Assembly: GCF_006345805.1 (NCBI RefSeq)
Contig: NC_042999.1
Span: forward strand, 63,054,001-63,118,000
DNA: 64,000 nucleotides
Reading direction: 5' to 3'
Source of the DNA: Octopus sinensis
Taxonomy: Eukaryota
The position numbers were made by a program, and so were the translations under genes. Shown in pieces: positions 23,398 through 37,043 of the stretch (its first letter is position 1; every line of letters starts with the position of its first letter). Below the pieces are notes generated by a model. That model saw nothing but the letters and a program-made list of their open reading frames with translations, made no database searches and was not told the DNA's origin.

Positions 23398-24009
23398 CAC
23401 ACAAAAGGTTAGAGTAACATTCAGATAAAGCCACAAGTATTGCACTAACTGAACCTAAGCAAAAAGCTAAGAGTAATGGTGGTGTGAGACAGTTGTTTTT
23501 GGAAGAAAAAGAGATATTTCAGTGAAAGAATGAAAGTCTCATGGTGAAGAGGTTTGAGGTTCTGCATAAACAAAAGAAAGAGCTGAATAAATAATGCATG
23601 TGTAACATTCAATTACAGCAGGTATTTTAGTAGCCTGGGATTAAAATGCAAGCTAATACATAACTGATTCAGCAGTATTTATAGAACGAGAGAGGCCATA
23701 CTGGTACAGCAGCGAACAAAGAATCAAATTACCGTAAGAACCAAGATCTAAACAGTGTCTAAAATAAGATGTCAGAATCCCCAAAGCAAAGAGAAAATAA
23801 ATAAACAATGAAGTTTTAAGTTGTCTGCAAGCCAGCTGAGATTGAACCTTGTTTGACTTCTCAGTTAAAATGGCAGCAATGAATCAGATCTTAATTTTTA
23901 TTTCACAAATCAACAGGAAAAAAAAAAAAAAAAAAAGTATAACTACAACTGAGTCTGCATTCGACACAATACTGATTGTTATAAAATAAAATATTCAAAA
24001 TAATAATTC

Positions 24010-24222
24010 GCCTGACTGGTCCCCATGCCGGTGGCACGTAAAAAGCACCCACTACACTCTCGGAGTGGTTGGCGTTAAGAAGGGCATCCAGCTGTAGAAA
24101 CTCTGCCAGATCAAGATTGGAGCCTGGTGCAGCCATCTGGTTCGCCAGCCCTCAGTCAAAATCGTCCGACCCATGCTAGCAAGGAAAGCGGACATTAAAT
24201 GACGACGATGATGATGATGATG
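24010..24222 (+). mobile_element. Repeat family B
   Basis: Family motif with (GAT)n tail. Confidence 0.82.
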
Positions 24223-24837
24223 TTTCTAACATAGGGCACAGGGCCAGATATTTTTGGGAGAAGGGTTAACTTCACTACATCATCAACTCTACCTACATCA
24301 CCTACCAAAGGACTCAACTGGTGCTTTATTTATTTTATCAACCTTGGAAGGATGAAAGGCGAAGTTGACCTTGGTGGGACATGAACTCAGAACATAAGAG
24401 TGACACAACTGATTACCACAAAGGACTATTTTCGACACTCAAGCAATTCTGCTAACCTACTACCCGCACTGCTGCTGCTGCTACTACCACTACCACCACC
24501 AACAACAACAACATACAATGATAAAAGGAAAGAAAAAATGGCATTACTTGCTGAAAGATCAAGAATGCATGATGTTTAAAAAACCATTGTGTGAAATAAC
24601 TCTTGTGCAAAATTGCAGACATTAGAGGAATGGTATGTAATCAGAGGATCAAGAAGTAATGTGCAAAGAGATATGACAGTTTTGACAAAATAGAAAATAA
24701 AAAGACAGAAAATGCTTTTACACCCCAGGAGACAATTTGTTTGTTTATATATGCATTAAAAAAGATGAGAAAAAGAAAGGAAGAGGAAGAGAGAGAGAGA
24801 GAGAGGTGGGGGTGGGGTATTGAGGGATGTAGCTTAG

Positions 24838-25070
24838 TCATCGTTTTATGTCTGCTTTCCATGTTAGCATGGGTTGGACGATTTTGACTGAGGGCTGGCG
24901 AACCAGATGGCTGCACCAGGCTCCAATCTTGACTGGGCGGAGTTTCTACAGCTGGATGTCCTTCCTAACGCCAACCACTCCGAGAGTGTAGTGGGTGCTT
25001 TTTACGTGCCAGTCAGGCGATACTGGCAATGACCTCGCTTGAATCTTTTTACACGTGCCAGTGAAGCAAC
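24838..25070 (-). mobile_element. Repeat family B
   Basis: Reverse family motif. Confidence 0.82.
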
Positions 25071-25149
25071 AGTTGCAAAGTGTTATGTATGTAGAGTGGC
25101 AGAGGGGAAAGATCTAGAGAAACTAAAGACAATCATTAACAATGCCCAA

Positions 25150-25420
25150 TATCAAGTAAAACACTGGCAGATATGGAAGGAATTTGTTCATGAGGAATGG
25201 GTACCTTAGGACTAGAGATGGATTGAAGGAACACCATAAGATTCACTTTCTGCATAAAGGATTCCTTATGATGGTGAGAGAGGCAAAAGTTGGAGTAAAT
25301 CATTGGAAGAAGTGCCAAGGCCAGATCTCAGGGTGCTGAGCCTTACACAGGAGATGACAAACGTTTGAGATTAGCAATGATATGCTGTAAGACAGAACCA
25401 TGACGACATGGTAAAACACA
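25150..25420 (+). mobile_element. Degenerate RTE-type LINE 3' remnant
   Basis: Fragments DGERGKSWSKSLEEV and LTQEMT...AVRQ resemble RTE C-termini. Confidence 0.4.
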
Positions 25421-25432
25421 TTAAAGCAATTA

Positions 25433-25944
25433 CCGTAAATTCTCGAGTATAATCCATATTTTTCTCCCAAAATTTAATGGTCAAAATCCTTAGTGCGTAC
25501 TATATACGAGGTTAAAAATGAAAAATATTCTCTAAGCAATGTCCAAGTCTCTATTTGCTGTCCGGCAATGTTTAGTCAGATGCATTTTGTGATGTCGGGC
25601 GTGAAAATACCTTAAGCTAAGCCTGAAAGCAATGAAGTCATAAAAGAATCATCCATAACTTGCAATAAGCAACATTTATTAAATGTTATTACTGTTATTT
25701 CTTTATTTTCTGCAAACAAAATGCACAAAAAAGCTACACATTTGCATTATGTTACATATACAATGATAATAAAGGATGTTACCGTATACATTTTTACAAA
25801 TGAAGGATGTTATATAGACCTCCTTGACTCAAGTTAGAGAAGGGGTGCTTATTATACACAAGGTTTAGGTTTTTCAGAGTTACAGCCCCCTAAAAATCCT
25901 CTGCGTATTATACTCAAGGGCGGACTATACTCGAGGATTTACGG
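25433..25944. mobile_element. Tc2/pogo-like MITE, copy 2
   Basis: TIRs CCGTAAATTCTCGAGTATA / TATACTCGAGGATTTACGG with TA TSD (25431-25432, 25945-25946); same family as 121-597. Confidence 0.88.
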
Positions 25945-26522
25945 TATGTTGATGATGATCATATAAGATTGATTACAATAGTAAACCTAAATTGTGTGTA
26001 TCTAAAACTAATTCCATCACAGTCTGAGATATTCATTCAACAAATAAGGCTGAAATACATCCAACACTAGTTGGATGCTGCTGGGATGATTTTTTGTTGC
26101 TCTCTGATAGTTATTGTGCTTTTAAAACATCAAATCCACAAGATATTCCATCTCAAGACAATACTGCAGTAACTGGCCTATCTAATGTGTATATACATTA
26201 AGTATGATACATAGATAGCTATTTTTATTTAATATTGCCTCAATTGCACTTTCTGGGTTTTCATTGATGTTTTACTTTTAAGGACCAATAGTTAGAAAAT
26301 ATTACTGCTTACAATAAGAAATAACTAACTATATATATTCTATTTAGAACATTGTAAGAGGGATTACTAAATGAAACCATATACTTACAGAAAGCAGTAA
26401 TATTACTTATTATCTTCAAATGCATTCAGAAAACACATTTATATTCATGCATAAGTATGCTTTCATAAATACATCACTACACATGATAATAACAGGGAAA
26501 TGTTACTGTTGTTATGTTGCTG

Positions 26523-26555
<33 letters not shown>

Positions 26556-28023
26556 GCCAGCATTTAAAATAAGAACAAAACATCAACAATGTTTCTTGAC
26601 GTTTACATGCATGTTGAATTTTCAACTAAAGAATTCCTTGTATATCTCTGAAGAGGTCTGTTGGAATATTAGCATGATTGTTCAACAGGCATGAAGAAAC
26701 ACGCACACAAGTATGCACACACACACACAAGCATGCACACACATACACACACACAACCACACACAAACAGTCACCCCACCTCCTCCCTCCCACAAGTAAA
26801 AAGAAAATATGAATCTGGTGATGGCAGTGGCAATGGTAGCAGAAATAACATTTCAAAAGAGAAAGAAGTGCATTGGTGCTGGTGTGATGAAGGAAGGGAA
26901 GAGAGGAAAAAGAAATAAAACAATTTTTCTTCTATGGAGGTAGGAGAGAGAGAGAGAGACTTTGCACTAATTCTTTGCAGAGAGGAAGAGGTAACTACAG
27001 CAGAGAATAGAGAAATGGCACAGAACACATGATATATGAGAGAGAGACGGACAGACAGACAGAGAAGGGAATTAATCTTGAGGATATGAAGAGAAAAAGA
27101 AAAAAAAAAGGAAAAATGAAATAAAAAATATTTTCTTATATTTTTTTTCTTTTCTTTTCTCTCTCATCTGTTTCTTCTTTTTTGTCATTTCAAACATTTT
27201 TTCTAAAACTCAAGAAGTCTGAATTCCTCTGTGGTAGTGATGCTATCTCTGAAATCTCCCCCGCCGCTCTCACTTTGGCCAAGCTGAAGCAGAGAAGAAT
27301 ATGCAGGGCATGGAGGTGGTGTACAGGAATAAGTGTCTGCAAAATGGTGTTAATGCTTTACCAGTCATATTTTGCAGACATAATAAGACAGCGGTGAGAT
27401 AATGGCATTGTGTGGGAACAGAGCTTCAATCACAGTGCTTTTGAAAACCAAAACAGTGAAAGCCAGCCAAATCAATCTCAACCAACTTTTAAACTCACAC
27501 AATTTGCTGTCTCTAGAATCCACTAGCACACAGTTTCCCAACTAATTGATGACCATAAGGTAAAATTCTTTTCAATCTAAGAATAAATGTGGGCAAATTA
27601 CAATAAGATAAAGAAAGAGAGAAAAAAAAATGAACACTGATATATAAATGTATTTTATATATTAAGGGCCTACGTAGAGCTACTGTTCGAGGTCTCCATG
27701 GAAGAACAGGTGTGGTTGTGTAGTTAAGAAGTCTGCTTCCCAACCACATGGTTTTGGGTTCAGTCCTTCAATGTGGGACTTTGGCATGACCAAAGCCATG
27801 TGAGTGGATTTGGTAGACAGAAAGAAACTGAAAATAGTGCATCTTGTACACACACTCCTACATACACAAGGAAGTCAAAAATTATCTACACTTTTACCAA
27901 AATTTTCTTTAGACTGGCTCCACTGCCCTTGGTTCTTGTGCCAAAAGGTGAAACTCTGGTGGTTACAGAATGGAGGCTTGACATTGATCACTCCGGTTTT
28001 CTTTCTTGTGTTATAGAGTAAAC

Positions 28024-28555
28024 ATGGCCGCTCCACTGGCAGTGTGTACCAAGGAAGAACAGAGATCAGTGATCTGATTTCTCTGGTCTGAGAGTGTGGG
28101 GGGCTGAAATTTGCTGTGGGCTTTCAGCACAATGTGGAGACAGCACTCTATTGTGTAAAAGTGTATATGACTGGATTGAAGAGTTTTAAAATAGCTGGAC
28201 AAGTGTGAAGTATGAAGAGGGAGTAGGGCACCCTTCAAACTCCACCATTGACCTGAAGATTCAACAAGCTCAAGAGATGATTCTGGAGAATCAACAACCA
28301 ACCATCAATGAGGTGGCATGTTCTCTGCAAATTAGTCATGGTTCTGCATACGATATCCATGACAAACTTTGCTTTCATAAAGTTTGTGAGGGATAGCTGC
28401 CAAGAGAGCTTACAGAAGAGCACAAGAGCAATCATGTGGAGATCGGTCAATGCTTATTTGACCATTACACTGATGAAAGCAAACATTTTTTGGAGAGAAT
28501 AGTCACAGGAGACGAGACCTGGGTTCATCACTTTGAACCAGAATCCAAAACATCA
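28024..28555 (+). pseudogene. Mariner transposase remnant, N-terminal half to the first catalytic Asp
   Basis: MAAPLAVCTKEEQRSVI*FLW..., then LPRELTEEHK...IVTGDETWVHHFEPESK; stops and frameshifts present. Confidence 0.85.
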
Positions 28556-28644
28556 GGAATTGCCAGCAAAAAAGAAATTCAGGAGAAAAAGTGATGCTAC
28601 ACCATTATTTATTTACAAACTGATGAGTGAAGCACATACATAGA

Positions 28645-28876
28645 TGAGATTCAAGCGAGGTCATTGCCAGTGACGCCTGACCGGCCCTCGTGCCGGTGGC
28701 ATGTAAAAAGCACCCACTACACTCTTGGAGTGGTTGGTGTTAGGAAGGGCATCCAGCTGTAGAAACTGCCAGATCAAAATTGGAGCCTGGTGCAGCCATC
28801 TGTTTCGCCAGCCCTCAGTCAAAATTGTCCAACCATGCTAGCATGGAAAGCGGACGTTAAATGATGATGATGATGA
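28645..28876 (+). mobile_element. Repeat family B
   Basis: Family motif with (GAT)n tail. Confidence 0.82.
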
Positions 28877-29007
28877 CACAAACTTGATGGGTTTCTAATT
28901 TCTGTCCACCAAATCTACTTACAAGGGACTGGGAGTTTCAGTAAAGAAACCATGCAGTGAAGCTGAAACCATGTGGCTGGGAAGCAAACTTCTGAACCAT
29001 ATCTGCA

Positions 29008-29295
29008 CATCATCATCATCATCATCATCGTTTAACGTCTGCTTTCCATGCTAGCATGGGTTGGACGGTTTGACTGTGGGCTGGCAAACCAGATGGCTGC
29101 ACTGGACTGCAGTCTTGATCTGGCAGAGTTTCTACAGCTGGATGCCCTTCCTAACGCCAACCACTCTGAAAGTGTAGTGGGGAATTTTACGTGCCACTGG
29201 CATGGGGACCAGTCAGGCAGTACTGGCAACGACCTCACTTGAATTTTTTTTTTTTACACATGCCAACGGCACAGGTGCCAGTAAGGCGATGCTGC
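29008..29295 (-). mobile_element. Repeat family B
   Basis: (CAT)n start and reverse family motif. Confidence 0.82.
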
Positions 29296-29828
29296 ACCTA
29301 TATATAAAAGCATTAAGTATATCCAGTTGGCATTAGGAAGAGCATCCATTCATAGAAACTGCCAGAGTAGACAGTAGAGGTCAGCAGTCTTGTGACTTGA
29401 CAGCCCCAGTGACTGTCAAACCAGCCAACCTACGCTAGCATAGGAACCTGGGGTTAAATAATTACGCACACACATACACACACAACAGGAAGTCAATAGC
29501 TGACAACTATTGCAATTTTGGGTAATCAATGATCAATAAGACCTGCTGTGGTAACTCTGAACAGAAATGGGCTGGGGTGGGGTGTTTGTTAATTGAGATT
29601 AAACTTTATACTAAATTTGTGTCACCCATCTTGTGACCATCATGCCTTCTTTCTTGCATGGTAAAATGCAGAATTAGTTTAACCTGCGTATCTTTCTGGT
29701 GCTTAATTCTGACAAATAGGTTAAGTGAAGCAATGTAGAATAAATACAACAAAAGGCTTGCAACAGATTCAAACTTATAATCAATGGGTGATAATCCAAT
29801 ACAGTTTTCACATAGCTATTTCATACCT

Positions 29829-30138
29829 GTGGAGGTACAATGGCCCAGTGGTTAAGGCAGCAGACTCGGGGTTGTAGGATCGCAGTTTCAATTCCCAGAC
29901 CGGGCGTTGTGAGTGTTTATTGAGCAAAAACACCTAAAGCTCTATGAGGCTCTGGCAGGGGGTGGTGGCAATCACTGCTGCACTCTTTCGCCACAACTTT
30001 CTCTCACTCTTTCTTCTGTTGGCCTGCTCGCTTAGCCAGCGGGGTGGCGTTACTTGAAGGCTAAAACAATGCAAAGCGCATTGTGACCAGCGATGTGTAG
30101 CACATCTGTTAGCCTGGTCGGTCACGGTGATCATGGTG
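29829..30138 (+). mobile_element. tRNA-head SINE family D
   Basis: TGGCCCAGTGG A-box; 11-bp TSD ATTTCATACCT (29818-29828, 30139-30149); 3' half recurs inverted at about 54428-54572. Confidence 0.85.
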
Positions 30139-32950
30139 ATTTCATACCTTTCATACTAGAATAATAAGTAGAAACGTAGAGGTTTGAACCAATGTTGACA
30201 GAGACAAAGCTTTGCGATCCTCTTCCTCTCTGTCTCTCTAATTCTCTCACTCACTAATATCTAATACAACAGAGCTAGGTGAGAGAGAGAGAGAGAGAGA
30301 AAAGCAACATTTTCTTAATCATAGTAAGTCAACAACTACTTGTGATTAGTGTCAACAAAATGTCAACAGCAGTTCAAATGAAGTTTTCTACAAACTACAC
30401 GGGCCAAGCAAATTTTTTAACCTTTTAATCATTACCCGATACACCTCGAGTACTAATATTTAAATTAAAACCACAATAAAGATCTTACATGAATTACAAT
30501 GCAAGATTTCAGTAGATAAACAGTCTTTTGAGAGGTAGATAAACAAACCTTTGTTATATATTAGCAATAAATATTTTTTTAAATGTTATTTTACTAAACA
30601 ATTCCAATTTATTATCATTTTTTCGCAAATTACCCGAAGAACACAGGTAGAAAATGTGAAAACCAAAGAGTTAAATCTGATTCCTGCAACAGTATGCAGA
30701 TGGAAGAGAAATTGTAATCTGGATAAGATTATGTTCTATCACTGAAAACTTTCCCAGAACTCTCATAAAAATTAATTACAGAGTAAATGTGGCTCACTTA
30801 ATCACACAATGAAATAACTTGTAGGAGACATGAACTCATAATCTAGGAGTTAGCACTTAAGTTTCTTTTCCATTTGGCTATTTCACCGTATTACAACTGA
30901 ATGTAATGTAAACACACCAACATTGGTTGTCAAGCGACAGAGGGGTGACAAACACAGACACACACACGTGTGTGTGTGTGTGTATATATACATCATCATC
31001 ATCGTTTAATGTCCGCTTTCCATGCTAGCATGGGTTGGACAGTTTGACTGTGGGCTGGCAAACCAGATGGCTGCACCGGGCTCCAGTCTTGATCTGGCAG
31101 AGTTTCTACAGCTGGATGCTCTTCCTAACGCCAACCACTCCGAGTTTTCAGTTTCTGTCTACCAAATCCACTCACACGGCTTCAGTTGGTCCAAGGCTAT
31201 AATAGAAGAAACTTGCTGAAAGTGTCACACAGTGGGACTGAACCTGGAACCATGTGGTTGAGAAGCAAGCTTCTTACTACACAGCCATGCCTGTGCCTAT
31301 ATACAGATAATAACTTTTTTTTTTGTTTTCTGAACCTAAAAATATACAGGTAATTGCCCTTCCTCTCTTATATAATATTAATACATACACAAAAATACTT
31401 TTATGAAGCTCCGAATGAATGTATGTGTGTGTGTTATGCTATTCCATATTTGTTAATGCTGGGGCATTGGAGATGTAAGCTTGATGAGATCTTAATCTCT
31501 TTCTTGGAGTTTAACCATAGAACCATCATAACTGCCACCACAAAACTGATAGAGAAAAAAAAACGAAAAAAAATATAAAGAAAAAGAAATGAAGTTAGAA
31601 ATATTTGGAATAGAATTTTAAGTGAAATGCAGCGATACATATGTGTGTGAGCACGTGTGTGTGTGCATGCGTGTGAAGAAAATGTTTCTCCTTAAAGAAC
31701 TAACATTCTCAGAATTCTCTTAGTTTCTTAGCTCTTGGTTCTTAACATCATCATCGTCATCCTGATGACGATGATGATGATGATGGAGCTTAGATTATCA
31801 GCAATGCATATTATGCCTAGTTTAGCACACCGTGCAAACACATTCTAGTCACTGACTGCATACTGTGTGCATGTGTATGCGTGCGTCTGCTTGTAAATTT
31901 GCATAGCCCCATCTAAGTAATCATTAACATCCTCATCCTTCTCCTCCTCCTCCTCATCATCACAATACAAGCAAAGTAAATTCCACACCGCCCACCCATT
32001 TTGTTAGTCCCCTCAGATGACATCTGGAAAATATAAACAGTCCTCCTCCACTCAATAATAATAACAAGCAAATTAAAATAAACAATAACAATAATAAACA
32101 TCCAGAAAAATATCTGATTTGTTTTATTTATAATTTTTATTTTATCATAATTATCATCATCACCATCAGCATCATTATTATCACTCTTCTTATTTTTGTT
32201 GTTGTTATTATTATCATTATTATTCAACACCCACCTTTCTAAATACATACCATAGCTTAGTCTTGCCAAATATTTGCCAAAGAAGATGACGTTTATGGCA
32301 GCATAATAGAAATGACATGGCTATTATTATTACTACTATTATTATTATTATTATGTAAAAAAAGATACAAAGAAAAAATAAAAATATAATAACAAGTGCA
32401 AAGATATGCAAACAGTTATTTTGAGAGAATAGAAGAGAAAGAAAGATGGAGAAGGTATTTAAAAAAAATATTTGTTTATTTTTTTTGCACGATGAATTGC
32501 AAAAAAACAAAAGCAAAAAAAAAAAGAGGGGGTAGACCTTCATGTACTCAATGTAGCATGAAGTTAGGTATTTGGTCAGTAACTGCAGCTATTGTAGAAC
32601 ATCAGATACCCAAGATGAAGCAAGACATGTCCAGCTATGATCAGGCGATGGCTGAGGATCTTTCAGCCTGTTTTTCATTGGTCCCGTATCACACTTTAGA
32701 TTGGCACTGAGATAGAATATCTTGATATTTTGCAACCAGGTGAACTGGGAGATAAGCAGGAAAATAATTGTCATGTTTAATTACAAATGCATTGTTTCAT
32801 AAGCCAATGAAAGAGTCTTCGTGTGGACACTTAACCTGCAAGAAGTATAACTTAATCTCCCTCAAATTGCACACAACTGCCTTAAAAGTGGAAAATACTC
32901 AATTGTATGCAGTTTTAGATGCCCTGTATGTGATGGTCACAACTAGCTAT

Positions 32951-33129
32951 AGGCATAGGAGTGGCTGTGTGGTAAGTAGCTTGCTTACCAACCACATGGT
33001 TCCGGGTTCAGTCCCACTGCATGGCACCTTGGGCAAATGTCTTCTACTATAGCCTCGGGCTGACCAAAGCCTTGTCAGTGGATCTGGTAGATGGAAACTG
33101 AAAGAAGCCCATCATTTATATCTATGTAT

Positions 33130-33161
<32 letters not shown>

Positions 33162-33282
33162 GTATGTTTGTGTGTCTGTGTTTGTCTCTCCAACATCGTT
33201 TGACAGTCCTGGGGTCAATTTGCTTGACTAAAGGCGATGCTCCAGCATGGCCGCAGTCAAATGACTGAAACAAGTAAAAGAG
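32951..33282 (+). mobile_element. SINE family A, internal deletion
   Basis: Family head and tail present. Confidence 0.85.
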
Positions 33283-33313
33283 GCCATACTTGATGAGAAC
33301 TGACTTGGGTTAA

Positions 33314-33527
33314 CCCTTTAGCATTTAAACTGGCCATGTTTGACCCAAATATTCTACTAATTCTATGTTCAAACTGACCAGACCCTGCCTCTCACATCTA
33401 CACTACAATGTCATTCTAAAAATATACAATCACATCACTGAAATCTCAAAGCCACAAGACAGTCCATGATTAATTCAAAAACAATGTGAATAAATAAACA
33501 TTAATTTTGATAGAGAAACCTGAAGGG
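33314..33527. mobile_element. piggyBac-type MITE family 2
   Basis: TTAA|CCCTTTAGCATT ... AAGGG|TTAA; TTAA TSD at 33310-33313 and 33528-33531. Confidence 0.8.
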
Positions 33528-34371
33528 TTAAACAACAATAAAAGCAACCTCATCATCTATTTATCCATTAATAGTGCTGGAAGCCAAGATTGTGGTTGGT
33601 CCTGTCTCCAGTGATATAAGCTTGTAGCTACTTTTAAGTTAATCAGTAGTAGACAGTGGCCATGCTCTTTGGAGCCTCGCCCTCATTAGTGAGATCAATG
33701 TGGCTGATGTCTAGCTTCTACAGATAAGGGTCAATGTCAATGTCAATTTAAGAATGTTATTTTAAAGCAAGGCATGGCTTATTCAACCAGGCAAAATAAG
33801 TCCTAGTCAAAATGAATAAGGTCAAAGTGATACAGAAAACTATGCACAGGGAGTAAACTGGGGGTCTAATTCGAAGAGACCAAATGTCAAGGTGGTGGTG
33901 GGCAGAGATGGGATAAGCCTACCACCTAAATTTTGACCAATAGAATAAAACATGTAGATAGGTGGCAACAATATGCCTTTCCTTTTACCTGTTTCAATCA
34001 TTAGATTACGGCCTTGCTGGGGCACCGCCATGAAGAATTTTTAGTTGAATGAATCAACCCCAGTATGTTTTCTTGGTACTTATTCTATCAAACTCTTTTG
34101 CCAAACTGCTAAGTTATGGTGACATAAACATAGGAACATCATTTGTCAAGCAATCGTGGAGCATGAACACATAGACACACACACATGGCAAAATTCTTTC
34201 AGTTACCACCTACCAAATCCACTCACAAGGCTTTGGTCAGCCTGAGGCTATAGTAGAAGACACTTGCCCAAGGTGCCATGCAGTGAGGTGGGGGGGGGGC
34301 TGCACCAGGGACCATATATTTGGGAGACAAGCTTCTTTATTTCAAGATTTTGCCATAAAGGCATTACATAG

Positions 34372-34600
34372 GTGGCGAGCTGGCAGAAACGTTAGCACGC
34401 CGGGCGAAATGCATAGCCGTATTTCGTCTGCTGTTAAGTTCTGAGTTCAAATTCCACCGAGGTTGACTTTGCCTTTCATCCTTTTGGGGTCGATTAAATA
34501 AGTACCAGTTACGCACTGGGGTTGATATAATCGATTTAATCCATTTGTCTGTCCTTGTTTGTCCTCTCTGTGTTTAGCCCCTTGTGGGCAGTAAAGAAAT
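34372..34600 (+). mobile_element. tRNA-head SINE family C
   Basis: A-box-like GGTGGCGAGCTGG and B-box GAGTTCAAATTCC; 13-bp TSD AGGCATTACATAG (34359-34371, 34601-34613). Confidence 0.9.
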
Positions 34601-36319
34601 AGGCATTACATAGAGGGAGAAGCTTGCGGGCTGGACATAAACATTAATGAGATGAGTGATGGAAAGGATGGTATTAATGGGGGAAGACAAAAGATGCCTG
34701 CCGATCTTTTGCTTCTCTGAAAGAAACAAGCTTCTTACCACACAGCTACACCTGTGTTACTAACAATATAATGTGTATTATTGTTAATAATAAGAATTAA
34801 AGCAACACATCCTGGATATAACTATTTTCCCTATCAGCTCTAAATCTGAAAACAAGGGAACTAAAGCTAACAAGGCAGTACAAAGCCGATGAAGGAGTTT
34901 CTATGCAGTTGTTTAACTTGTTAGAAATAGCTGCTAAATTCCCTTCAATCACACTATCATTGTAGTTTTGGGCTACCTACACATAAGGAAGAAATAAACA
35001 ATGAAATGCTTGCTTTTGATCACATGTCTGCTCAACTAGGGCTAACCGGGACTAAACAACACCAACAGTAATAAATAAAGGAAAACTCCTTGATAGCTGA
35101 TGTTTCTTCCACAACAAAATCCTCCTTCTAAACACACACAAGCAATCATGCACAACATAAACTTCATTCATTTTAACCAATGCTGATGTTCTAAACCTGC
35201 AGAAATTTCAAAGAAAAACAAACTAATCTAAAACAATCAGCTTCTGTTAATTTCATCACTCCAAGGAGGGCTCTCTTGTACGCTTTAGGCCAATCAGCTT
35301 TACTCTGGAGTTAATGGTGAGGAGGGAGAAAAACATGATACACAAACATACATATGTACATACACACATATAAAAAGAGAGAGACACGCATACATAAGTG
35401 GGAAAATACCCCTCAAAAAACAAGCATAATAAAATCCTCCAAAAAGAAAAAAAAATCAACAGCAACCCAAACTATTGTAAGCACTTGTAGCTTAAGTTTT
35501 TGTCACGTTGCCAAGCATCTCCTTATCGGTACAGCGATTGTCAGTTACAAAATCTCAGTATCTGACAAGCACTATAATTTGTTTTACTGGAATCATTCAT
35601 TCTTCCTGTCTGATTTAAGGGAAACAATTTTGGAAATGAAAGCCACTCAAAAATCCTTACCAATTCCCTTGCTTAATTTTCAATAGAACTGCATACCATT
35701 CTTACTACTCTACTAAGATTAAATGAAATAACCTTCACTTCTCTGAACATGATCTCTAACTATTTTCATATGAGCCAATGGAGAAAAATTTATGCAATGA
35801 ATTGACACCTTAGAAAGAGCAGGCCCAAATCTGCCTAAGATCATACCCTACTTTCTTAAAAATAAGAAAGAAAGCAGACGTTTGATAAATTTGCCCTAGA
35901 TGCACAATGCTTGAAAACATTAATGGTGGAGTAGCTAGTGGTTGCTCAACCTGTTAGAAACAGTAACCAATTCTTTCTCAAATCACACTTTACTACATTA
36001 AAAGAAGAGAAACCTACTCTGACATGGAATAGTGCAGTTTACATTTTCCTGCATATAGGGAAAAATGGGAAGCTAAGCCTGCAATACTTTTCATCATGGG
36101 TCTACTTCATTAAGGCTGATCTGGGATTAAAACAACAATCTTGCTTGTATGATGATGATGATGCTCATTTACAATCAGCACATGATGTCTAGACAAGAGT
36201 ACATACACATAACATATATAGGATGCTATATCAGAGACATTTGTAGTATGCAGTGAGACTGAACCCAAGAGTACATGGTTGGGAAGCTAGCTTATTAATC
36301 ACACACAGATATACCTGTG

Positions 36320-36353
<34 letters not shown>

Positions 36354-36379
36354 AGAAAGGATGACCTCCCTTCGTATAT

Positions 36380-36526
36380 AGGGAGGGTTTACGAAAAAAA
36401 CAAAAGACGAAGACAGGTGGTGTACAAAAACAGATGTATTAGTATAATGCTCAGGAACAGAAAAAGTCTTTTACATTTCGAGCCAACGCTCTTCTATAGA
36501 AAGGAACACAGAAAAAACAAGGAGAG

Positions 36527-36530
<4 letters not shown>
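36380..36530 (-). mobile_element. Penelope-like terminal fragment with degenerate hammerhead (36468-36503)
   Basis: Minus strand CUUU-CUAUAGA-A-GAGC(GUUG)GCUC-GAAAU-GUA-AAAG; core mutated. Confidence 0.55.
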
Positions 36531-36558
<28 letters not shown>

Positions 36559-36935
36559 AATAACAAATAGAAAGTCCTTGGTACAGAAAAAAATGAATAG
36601 AAATAGCTTTTCTAATAAATTTTCCACTTTGATAATTAAGGTTGAAAAATGATCAGAAAAGCCATTTCTATCCATTTTTCAAATATATTTATGTATGCAT
36701 GTATACATACATTTACATACCTACCTACATATATATATGTATATATACATGCATATATGGCTACAGAACATAAAAAAAAAACATTGAACACAATGAGAAA
36801 CGAAAACATAAAAACAAAAACATAGAAACGATCTTTTTTTCAAACAAAGAAAAAAACAGAGAAACAAGACATACAACACAAGGAATATTCCCCTTCTTCA
36901 GTTGTCCCTGTTTCACCTACTCCATGTTTCGAAGG

Positions 36936-36973
<38 letters not shown>

Positions 36974-36994
36974 ATACTCTGATTCTGGCCAAAG

Positions 36995-37043
<49 letters not shown>

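Noticed and set aside
26691-26918. Plus-strand ORF containing QVKRKYES, reminiscent of VGLL4 SKRKFS
   Set aside because: Wrong strand, and largely built from CA repeats.
31913-32710. ORFs of 104-118 aa near 32 kb
   Set aside because: Low-complexity trinucleotide and A-rich sequence with no recognisable domain or consistent splice structure.
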